Below are positions 20,454-28,337 of a DNA stretch of 64,000 nucleotides, piece after piece. The notes beneath the pieces were generated by a model, which had not been told where the DNA came from, did not search any database, and worked only from the letters and a program-made list of their open reading frames with translations. Origin of the DNA: an uncultured Armatimonadetes bacterium (GTDB taxonomy: Bacteria; Armatimonadota; Hebobacteria; Hebobacterales; Hebobacteraceae); assembly GCA_963716175.1 (NCBI GenBank), contig OY970296.1:2208001-2272000 (forward strand). The letters run 5' to 3'. Within the stretch, counting starts at the first letter, position 1. Every line of letters begins with the position of its first letter. Position numbers and translations under genes: made by a program.

Positions 20454-21312
20454 GCCGGCAGGCCGGGATGGCGGCCCGCAGGGCCCAGCCATTGCGTGCA
20501 CCTGCGCCCACTGTGGCAAGCGGTTCGAGGCCGTCCCGATGCCACAGCATCGCATCATGTGCGGAGACTCCACCGATCCGGCCGCGGTCGCGGCGCTGAT
20601 GGCGGGCCAGCAGGCGAGGCTGCTTGCCAGCGACCCGCCCTATGGCGTGCGCTATGACGGCAACGCGCACCGGCGGGAACACAGCGGGGGCAGAGTCTAC
20701 GATCCCATCGCCAACGACGATCTCGACGGACCTGCGCTGGAGGCATTCCTGACGGCCGCCTTCCGCGCGGCCTTGCCCCACCTCTCCGACGATGCCGCCT
20801 GGTATGTCTGGCACGCCTCCAGCACGCGTCCCCACTTCCTGGCGGCGCTAGCCTCTGTGGGGGTGGAAGTGCACCAGGAGATCGTCTGGGTCAAGGAGGG
20901 CTTCCAGTTCAGCCGCTCCGATTACCACTGGCAGCACGAACCCTGCCTGTATGGCTGGCGCGAGGGTCACGTCTTCCTGGGGGAGCGCAATCAGTCGACG
21001 GTGTGGCCGATCGCCCGGCAGAGCGAGCATAGGCATCCGACCTCAAAGCCGACGGAACTCTGGCGCATCCCGATCCGCAATCACTTGCCACCCGGCGAGA
21101 TCGTGCTGGATCTGTTCCTCGGCAGCGGAACCGCGATCATCGCCGCCGAGCAGTTGGAACGGCGCGGCTTCGCAATGGAGATCGGCGCCGCCTACGTGGA
21201 CGTGTCCGTGCTCCGCTGGCAGGCGCTGACTGGCAAGGAGGCCATCCTGGAGGCGACGGGGCAGAGCTTCTCCGAGGCGGCCGCGGCGCGGGGGGTGGAG
21301 ATCGAGTGCTGA
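20434..21312 (+). CDS. N4/N6 DNA methyltransferase (beta class), copy 2
   Basis: HRIMCGDST, SDPPYG, HPTSKP, VLDLFLGSGT, with N-terminal CTCAHC. GAGGAGG RBS. Confidence 0.9.
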   Translation: MSEAVPEPAGRDGGPQGPAIACTCAHCGKRFEAVPMPQHRIMCGDSTDPAAVAALMAGQQARLLASDPPYGVRYDGNAHRREHSGGRVYDPIANDDLDGPALEAFLTAAFRAALPHLSDDAAWYVWHASSTRPHFLAALASVGVEVHQEIVWVKEGFQFSRSDYHWQHEPCLYGWREGHVFLGERNQSTVWPIARQSEHRHPTSKPTELWRIPIRNHLPPGEIVLDLFLGSGTAIIAAEQLERRGFAMEIGAAYVDVSVLRWQALTGKEAILEATGQSFSEAAAARGVEIEC

Positions 21313-21313
21313 C

Positions 21314-21748
21314 ATGGCCGATGAGGTTCAGGAACAACCGAAGAGCAACGTGGGCGGCATTACCGGCAAGGGGTTCACTCCCGGCCGCTCCGGCAACCCC
21401 GGGGGACGGCCTCGGGGCAGCAAGAGCCTGCGGAATCTGCTGATCGAGGCGCTGCGCAAGAAGGCCAAGGACGGCAAGGGCGGTGAGAAGGAGTTCTACG
21501 AGCTGCTCACCGAGTCCATCGTGGTGAACGCGGCCAAGGGCAATGCGGCCCTGGTGAAGCTCATCTTCGACTACCACGAGGGACCGCCGCCGCAGAAGCA
21601 TGAGCTGACCGAGTTCGTCTATCAGGCGACGGAGCTGCGTGAGACCGTCCGCAAGGTGGCGGAACTGATGCGGGACTTCGTCCCGCCGGAGCGATGGGAT
21701 GAGCTCGCCGCTCGTCTCGACGAGATCGACAGAGCCAGCGCCGCGTAG
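21314..21748 (+). CDS. Terminase small subunit-like protein (DUF5681 motif)
   Basis: GFTPGRSGNPGGRP, directly upstream of the large subunit. Confidence 0.75.
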   Translation: MADEVQEQPKSNVGGITGKGFTPGRSGNPGGRPRGSKSLRNLLIEALRKKAKDGKGGEKEFYELLTESIVVNAAKGNAALVKLIFDYHEGPPPQKHELTEFVYQATELRETVRKVAELMRDFVPPERWDELAARLDEIDRASAA

Positions 21749-23195
21749 CCTCCTGGGCGTGCTCGCCCGGGAGTTCAGGGCCCAGGCATCCGAGGCCTCC
21801 TTCGCACGCTACCGGGATGACCCGGCGCGGTTCGTACTGGACATCTTCGACTGGCGAGAGGGCGAGGGGCCGACGGCCTACCAGCGGGAGGCGCTGCGCG
21901 AGTTCCCGCGGCGGCGCCGAGTCTGCCTGCGGTCCCCACACTCAGCAGGCAAGACGGCCCTGGCGGCATGGATCGTGCTTTGGTTCGCGTTATCCAGGGA
22001 GCGCATGGAAGGCGATTGGAAGGCCGTGTTGACCGCCAGCGCATGGCGGCAACTATCGCACTACCTGATGCCCGAGATCCGCAAGTGGGTCGGACGCCTG
22101 GATTGGGCGAAGGTCGGCCGGCGGCCATTCGACCAGCGCACCGAACTGCTGGCACTCAACCTGAAGCTCTCCCGGGGTGAGGCCTTCGCGGTCGCCTCGG
22201 ACAAGCCGGAGCTGATCGAGGGGGCCCACGCCGACCGGCTGCTCTACATCTTCGATGAGGCCAAGGCCATCCCATCTGCCACCTGGGACGCGGCGGAAGG
22301 CGCGCTGGCGTCGGGCGACTGCCTCGCGCTGGCGATCTCTACGCCGAGCGAGCCGCAGGGGCGATTCTACGAGATTCAATCGCGGAAGCCGGGCACCGAG
22401 GATTGGTGGGTGCGCCACGTCACGCGGGACGAGTGTCTGGAGTCCGGGCGCATGGACCCGGAATGGGCGGAGCAAAGGAAGGTGCAATGGGGAGAGGGCT
22501 CGGCCGTCTACCAGAACCGCGTGCTGGGCGAGTTCGCGTCATTGGAGGAGGATGGTGTGATTCCCCTGGCGTGGGTCGAGGCGGCGAACGAGAAATGGCG
22601 GGCGCTGGAGGAATCGGGGGAGTGGGGAGGGTTCAGCTGCTGCGGGGTGGACGTGGCAAGAGGGGGTGAGGACCGGACGGTCATCGCCCTCCGGTACGGC
22701 GACGCCATCCGGGAGCTTCGGCGGTCCTCGAAGCGGGACACGATGGAGACCACGGGCGCGGTGGCGGGGATCCTCCAGGCACACGGGGGCGAGGCTATCG
22801 TGGACGTGATCGGGATCGGCGCCGGCGTGGTGGACCGGCTCAAGGAGCAGAGGAAGGCGGTGAGGGCATTCAACGCCTCCGAGCACACCGATGCGAAGGA
22901 CCGATCGGGCGAGCTGGGCTTCGTGAACAAGCGCAGCGCGGCCTGGTGGCACCTGCGGGAACTACTCGACCTGGCCTCCGACAGGCAGATCGCCCTTCCG
23001 CCAGACGACCTGCTGACCGGGGACCTGACGGCGCCGCATTGGCATCCCATGTCCGCGGGAAAGATCCAGGTCGAGGCCAAAGACGATATCAAGAAGCGCA
23101 TTGGCCGCTCCACCGACGACGGCGACGCGGTGGTGATGGCGTTCTGGAAAGAGCCAGCAGTAGTGTATCCGAAGTTCAGGATCGCGAGGGCGTGA
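21699..23195 (+). CDS. Phage terminase large subunit
   Basis: Walker A SPHSAGKT, Walker B YIFDEA, ISTP, RVLGEF, nuclease GVDVARGGED and STDDGDA. Confidence 0.88.
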   Translation: MSSPLVSTRSTEPAPRSLLGVLAREFRAQASEASFARYRDDPARFVLDIFDWREGEGPTAYQREALREFPRRRRVCLRSPHSAGKTALAAWIVLWFALSRERMEGDWKAVLTASAWRQLSHYLMPEIRKWVGRLDWAKVGRRPFDQRTELLALNLKLSRGEAFAVASDKPELIEGAHADRLLYIFDEAKAIPSATWDAAEGALASGDCLALAISTPSEPQGRFYEIQSRKPGTEDWWVRHVTRDECLESGRMDPEWAEQRKVQWGEGSAVYQNRVLGEFASLEEDGVIPLAWVEAANEKWRALEESGEWGGFSCCGVDVARGGEDRTVIALRYGDAIRELRRSSKRDTMETTGAVAGILQAHGGEAIVDVIGIGAGVVDRLKEQRKAVRAFNASEHTDAKDRSGELGFVNKRSAAWWHLRELLDLASDRQIALPPDDLLTGDLTAPHWHPMSAGKIQVEAKDDIKKRIGRSTDDGDAVVMAFWKEPAVVYPKFRIARA

Positions 23196-23228
23196 GGTTG
23201 GGAAGCAGAGACGGCGTCTCGCGCGGTA

Positions 23229-23300
23229 GCGACAGCCCCCGGGCGTGGACTGAGCTAGAGGGGGCATACCCGACGTCCGTGGATCGCCTGCGTCGCTGTC
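23229..23300 (+). repeat. Hairpin repeat family, degenerate copy
   Basis: GACAGC...GCTGTC outer stem around a GAGGGGG core. Confidence 0.5.
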
Positions 23301-23301
23301 T

Positions 23302-24141
23302 CTATCGGCGAGCTTCATGCGAGCGTCCGCCGGGATCAGCACGCAAGGCCTGCATTGCAGATCTCAACTCCAGCACCTCCACCGGGCAGCCGAAGTAGTC
23401 ATTCTCCCAGCACACCACGTAGTCGCAGCGAATGTCACGGTGCCGTGGGCTATCCACGTGCTGCCGAAATCCACTCGCCCGGTATTCGAACTCGATGAAC
23501 TTGCGCGTGAAGGTCGTACCCACTCGCTGGATGGCGCAGGCATCCGGGAAGCCTGCCCTGATGAACTCCAGCTTCTCGAAGCCCAGTTGCTTCATGTAGT
23601 AGACGAAGATCGCGACCACGCCCTGCTCGCTGGTCGGCGCGTAGTTCAGGACGCCGTAGTCGCCTGGCTCGCCCAATCCCGCGTCGTTCTGCGGCCCTCT
23701 GAAGTACTCGGTATCAGGTGGCTGATACTGGCGAATGTACCTGGATACCATGTCGAAATCGCGCTTGGTCAGCGGAAGCAGGGTCCGCCCCTTCAGTCGG
23801 ACTCCCCGGACCAGCCGCTCAGGGAACAGGGAGAGCGCGTGCGGCAGCGCCGCCAGCATCGGACGTACCGGCACCGGGCGCCTGTCACGCGGGACGGCTA
23901 CAGGCTGTATCTCTGCTACGGTATAGGGCCCTCTCCAGTACTCATCGTCATTGATCTGGCGCGCCCGTCGCTTGACCTTGAAGGTGCCAGCAACTGCAGC
24001 ATCTCCCGTGCAGTAGTAGACGATGCCGTCGCCGGCCCTGAGTCGCTCGAACTCGACCGGGATTCGGTCGCCGGCCTTGCCGATCCAGTTGGGGTGCTGG
24101 TGATAGGACTTGGCATCATGGACCACGAGCCAGTATTTCAT
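23302..24141 (-). CDS. EVE domain fused to a PD-(D/E)XK-type nuclease
   Basis: MKYWLVV...LRAGDGIVYY (EVE/PUA-like) and EQGVV...FPDA...IEFE..AS.F..H...CDYVVCWE. Confidence 0.8.
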   Translation of the reverse strand: MKYWLVVHDAKSYHQHPNWIGKAGDRIPVEFERLRAGDGIVYYCTGDAAVAGTFKVKRRARQINDDEYWRGPYTVAEIQPVAVPRDRRPVPVRPMLAALPHALSLFPERLVRGVRLKGRTLLPLTKRDFDMVSRYIRQYQPPDTEYFRGPQNDAGLGEPGDYGVLNYAPTSEQGVVAIFVYYMKQLGFEKLEFIRAGFPDACAIQRVGTTFTRKFIEFEYRASGFRQHVDSPRHRDIRCDYVVCWENDYFGCPVEVLELRSAMQALRADPGGRSHEARR

Positions 24142-24391
24142 CTGACACCCCCCCGGCGCAATCGCAGGGATGCGGAGCGTCCGGGTTCCTCGCGCGGTAC
24201 CACTTGGGTCGCGGGTGGGCCATCGTTGCACCCGTCTGTGAGGGGGGAGATAATGGTCACTGTCGCGGGGTAGAGGCCAGCTAGGTGCTGCACCCATGTC
24301 GGCACGATTCGCCACCTCTTGCTCGGCTGGTGGCGGCAATCCGGGTCTGCCTGGGCCAAAGAGAGCCCGCGGCAGCCTGGCCGCCAGCCTT

Positions 24392-24469
24392 GCTACAGGA
24401 GTGGCGTTGGCCACCGCGGGCAAGCCCGCGTGGCCAGCGGCCATCGAAAAGAAACACCACTCCTGTAGC
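24392..24469. repeat. Nested inverted repeat (REP-doublet-like hairpin)
   Basis: GCTACAGGAGTGG / CCACTCCTGTAGC 13-bp arms enclosing TGGCCAC-CGCGGGC-AA-GCCCGCG-TGGCCA. Confidence 0.6.
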
Positions 24470-24721
24470 GGCATGACTATATCAGACTGAAACCTGCGCG
24501 TCCACTTCCCGGCCAACCTGCGGATTGATCCTTCGTCGGTCTATTCCCAGCGAGGGTCGTCGGCTGGCATGCTCGTCCCGACCGTCGGCAGCTGTGGATT
24601 CCAGTCCGCGCGGTGGCTCGTTCTACTTCCCCGAAGTGTCCCCGAGACGGCGCTCCACGTCGGCTTCAGGGGCGCGCTCGGCAGCGAGGTGGCGATGGGG
24701 GTGCGACTACCTCCCCCAGGC

Positions 24722-24793
24722 GCGACAGACCCCCGGGCGAGGGACCAGAGCCGAGGGGGTTGGCCCGGATCCCGGGGGTGCCCAGGGGCTGTC
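24722..24793 (+). repeat. Hairpin repeat family copy
   Basis: GACAG..CCCC..AGCCGAGGGGGT..GGGG..CTGTC. Confidence 0.65.
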
Positions 24794-25176
24794 TGCCAGA
24801 ATAGCTTCGGCGGCCTGGGGGCGGCTCCTCCCCCTGTGTGGAACCATGGGCCGACAGCGAACAGCCGCGGGCTCGCGGTGCTTGCCATGCACAGGCTGCT
24901 GCGGCAGCCCGGTTATCTCGATCTTCCGCTCTCCTCCTGGCGCGAATACGCGTCCGATAGTGCCCCTTACTGGACGCAGACCCGGGGCGCCGCCACAGCG
25001 CAGATCACAGTGTGCTCCGCGATGGCCGCACCCGCCGGCCGGCCATCGAAGCGGATGCCCCGGCGAGTCAGGATGGTCCAGAAGGACCAGAGGACGCGGG
25101 GTGTGAACTTCAGGAATCATGGCGGCCTCTCCAGGCCGTCGCGGCGGAGCGAGCCCGGACAGAGGAGGATCGCCAC

Positions 25177-26112
25177 GTGGACTACACTACCCTTGGACGC
25201 ACGGGCCTGCGCGTCAGTGTCATGGGGCTCGGGTGCGGAGGACACAGTCGGCTCGGCCAGAGCTACGGCAGGAGCGAAGAGGAGTCTGCGGAGGTCGTGC
25301 AGGCCGCGCTCGCCCATGGGATCACGTTCTTCGACACCGCCGAGGCCTACGGCACGGAGAGTATCCTCGGCACGGGCCTGAGTCGGGAGCGGCGCGAGAG
25401 CGTGGTTATCTCGACCAAGATGACCTCATCCGTGGGCGACCGTCTGGTGCCTCGCGAGCAGGTGGGTTCCGGGCTGGAAGGGAGTCTGCGCCGGCTGCGC
25501 ACTGACTATGTGGATGTCTACCTCATCCACGGCCTGAGGGCCAAGCACTACCAGGAAGCCGTCAGTGAACTTGTCCCAGAACTGGTGAAGCTGCGAGACC
25601 AGGGCAAGCTAAGGTTCCTGGGAGTGACGGAGGCGTTTGCGTCCGATCCTGGACACAACATGCTGCGACGGGCGGTCCAGGACGACTGCTGGGACGTGAT
25701 CATGGTCGGGTTCAACATCCTGAATCAGGCCGCCCGTGAGCGAGTGCTGCCCGCCTGTCGGGAGAAAGCGATTGGCGTGCTGAACATGTTCGCGGTGAGG
25801 CGGGCGCTCGGCGATTGGGCGTGCCTGGAAGACGTCCTCGCCGACCTGGGGAAGAGAGAACTGGTGGACGGGCGAGCTGTCAAGGACACTCTCGACTCCC
25901 TAATCCGCGAGGGCGGAGCAACCAGTTTGCAGGACGCCGCCTATCGGTTCTGCCGATACGAGCCAGGCATCCACATCGTCCTGTCTGGAACCGGGAACCT
26001 GGGGCATTTGAAGGAGAACGTGGACTCCCTCGCGCGGCCTCCTTTGCCAGCAGAACATGCGGCGCGCCTCCGGGGGCTGCTGGTGAGGGTGGATGACATC
26101 TCGGGGAACTAG
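25177..26112 (+). CDS. Aldo/keto reductase
   Basis: LGRTGLRVS.MGLG, FDTAEAYG, ISTK, SLRRLRTDYVDVYLIH. Confidence 0.92.
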   Translation: MDYTTLGRTGLRVSVMGLGCGGHSRLGQSYGRSEEESAEVVQAALAHGITFFDTAEAYGTESILGTGLSRERRESVVISTKMTSSVGDRLVPREQVGSGLEGSLRRLRTDYVDVYLIHGLRAKHYQEAVSELVPELVKLRDQGKLRFLGVTEAFASDPGHNMLRRAVQDDCWDVIMVGFNILNQAARERVLPACREKAIGVLNMFAVRRALGDWACLEDVLADLGKRELVDGRAVKDTLDSLIREGGATSLQDAAYRFCRYEPGIHIVLSGTGNLGHLKENVDSLARPPLPAEHAARLRGLLVRVDDISGN

Positions 26113-26279
26113 CACCTGAGGTGGAGCACTGCTGAGGGGGTCGCGCCGGCTCTGTCCGTGCGTGAATCGCTCTTGATCCCTCGCGTTCTGTATTCGGGGG
26201 TGATGGACGGCGCGTCGTGCCGGAACCTACTCTCTCCAGGAATGCCGCGCCACGCTTGTCAGCCTCTGACTGGTTGGCC

Positions 26280-27011
26280 TCAGTGCCGCGCTCGGGAGCG
26301 GGGTGGTGATGCAGCCGCTGGATGCAGGAGCGGCACGAACTTGACCGGAGTGACGGCGGTGGTGACCAGCTTGCCCCTTCGCTTCTCCAGCAGACAGAGC
26401 GTCTGAGGCCCGCCTTCTGGCCCCACCGGGATCACCATGCGCCCCCCATCCTTGAGCTGGTCCACAAGCGGCTCGGGCACATGGTCGGGTGCGCAGGTGA
26501 CGATGATCGCGTCAAATGGCGCATACTCGGGCCGGCCCTGGTAGCCGTCTCCGGTGCTCACCTGCACTGCGGCGTAGCCCAATCGCTTCAGTCTGTCCCG
26601 AGCTGCGCTGGCGAGCTCGGGCACGATCTCGATGCTGTAGACATTCCGCGTGAGTTCCGCCAGTATCGCCGCCTGGTAGCCGGAGCCGGTGCCGATCTCC
26701 AGCACCTTGTCCTCGGGGCCGATCCGGAGCAGGTCGGTCATCAGCGCGACAAGCGAGGGCTGGGTGATGCGTTGGCCCCGGCCGATAGGCAGGGATCGGT
26801 CCTCGCAGGCATGCTTCCGCTGATCCTGCGGTACGAACTCCTCCCGCGGGACCTTTCCCAGAGCCCCCAGCACGCGCCCGTCCCTCACGCCGTTCGCCCT
26901 CGCGGCCGCGACCAGGCGCTCGCGAACCTGCCTCGCCCCGGAGGACCGTTTCGCGCAGCAGACCAGCAGCGCGGGCAGCGCCAGCAGGCATGCGATCAGC
27001 CCTGCCCGCAT
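26280..27011 (-). CDS. pcm: Protein-L-isoaspartate O-methyltransferase with an N-terminal signal
   Basis: VPREEF, VLEIGTGSGYQAA, APFDAIIVT, LKDGGRMVIPVG, FVPL. Confidence 0.9.
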   Translation of the reverse strand: MRAGLIACLLALPALLVCCAKRSSGARQVRERLVAAARANGVRDGRVLGALGKVPREEFVPQDQRKHACEDRSLPIGRGQRITQPSLVALMTDLLRIGPEDKVLEIGTGSGYQAAILAELTRNVYSIEIVPELASAARDRLKRLGYAAVQVSTGDGYQGRPEYAPFDAIIVTCAPDHVPEPLVDQLKDGGRMVIPVGPEGGPQTLCLLEKRRGKLVTTAVTPVKFVPLLHPAAASPPRSRARH

Positions 27012-27159
27012 CAGGGGGGATTGGATGCTCAACCGATGTCGCGTGGTGTCACCTCCGAGCGTGTTCACTGCCTGGCGACGTGAGCGACCGCGCAAGGGTG
27101 TACTGCCAGAAGCGGCATCATGCCTGACGCGGAGATAGCAGTTTCGCCCGTTCGGTGGC

Positions 27160-27729
27160 CTATGGACGAACCGCCAGACCGATGAAAGCGGTGATCACTC
27201 CCAGCACCGCATAGGACCCAGCATTCGCGGCGAGAACCGCCTTGATGGTCGTCTCGAAGTCCCGCTGCTTGCGCAGCAGAAGCATAACGACCACCGTTTC
27301 CTCCGCCACCGTGATGGTGAAGGAGCGAAGCAGGAGCCACGCGACCATCCGGAACTGCCCCTGTATCAGCGCCGTCTTCCACCCCACCTGCCCGCCGGCA
27401 TGATACCAGATCAGACCCAGGCCCATCGAGACGAGATTCGCCACCACTGCGTACCAGAAACACCGCCGGTAGCCGAGCTTGAGGAAGTGGTCCATCAGAG
27501 CCGCTTCCAGGAGACACACCCCCGCGGTGAAGCCCCCCACTGCCGCGACAGCGACGAGAGCCCCTACTCCGAGGATCAGCAGCGCACCGCCAAGATTCCC
27601 CATGATCATGTCGTCCGCGAGAACCGCGGTGGGCAGCAACACGAGCAGCGCTGAGAACCCCAGGAATGGTCGGACGGGCAACGGCCTCTTCACCCTATCG
27701 GGTGGCAGACCAGCAGTTCCAGCAGGCAT
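27160..27729 (-). CDS. Multi-pass membrane hypothetical protein
   Basis: Five hydrophobic segments with ANLVS and ANAGSY motifs. Start uncertain. Confidence 0.6.
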   Translation of the reverse strand: MPAGTAGLPPDRVKRPLPVRPFLGFSALLVLLPTAVLADDMIMGNLGGALLILGVGALVAVAAVGGFTAGVCLLEAALMDHFLKLGYRRCFWYAVVANLVSMGLGLIWYHAGGQVGWKTALIQGQFRMVAWLLLRSFTITVAEETVVVMLLLRKQRDFETTIKAVLAANAGSYAVLGVITAFIGLAVRP

Positions 27730-28337
27730 CTCGGACCCCCTCCTCTCGCGCCGCTCTGCGCCGTGGGCGTCATCGCCTCAATCCGGGCGAGCCCGTGCTT
27801 GGGCTGGACCATCGCCCGGCATTGTAACAGGTGCGAAGACGGAGAGCAATCTCCAGCGGGGATCGGGGCTGCTGACCGCGGGGCGACGGGTAGCGGGTCC
27901 GGCACCAGCTGTGGCTAGCTGCGAATCTGGGCAGGGCCCCCCGGTCCGGCACACCCGTTAGCCCAGCGTCCCGCCGCGGCCAGCGCTGCACCGCAGGCAC
28001 CCCTGAGGCTGCGGCAGAATGGCGCACGAGGTTGGCATCAGGGCCGCGCTTGGGAGCGGGGTGGAGGTGGGGCCGCGGGGCCCCTAGGCCCACCCGAACG
28101 CGGAGCTGCCAGCTGCCGCGCTGCTCAAACGCGCACTGCGCCGTCACTAGTGCTGGGACTTGCAGCGTGTGTAAGTTCGCGCTATCCTGGTGCTGCCGCT
28201 AGCGGAATGCCGGACGCTCCGAGGGGCACTTGTACCCGGGGCGGTACGCGCGGGGGAGGCCGTGATGAGCGGCAAGTGCTCATCGCGGCGCATGCCCATG
28301 TCTCGTGTGCGCCCTTTCTTCATCTGCTGAGTGAGAC

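Larger units (their letters stand above)
10926..23200. mobile_element. Defective prophage or satellite-like element integrated at tRNA-Glu (right boundary uncertain)
   Basis: Serine integrase, excisionase-like HTH, CHC2 protein, ParB/MTases and terminase subunits. No portal, capsid or tail gene seen. Confidence 0.7.

Noticed and set aside
24525-25120. Protein-coding gene between the EVE nuclease and the AKR
   Set aside because: The overlapping ORFs are low-complexity P/R/G-rich without motifs, and the region is explained by repeats.
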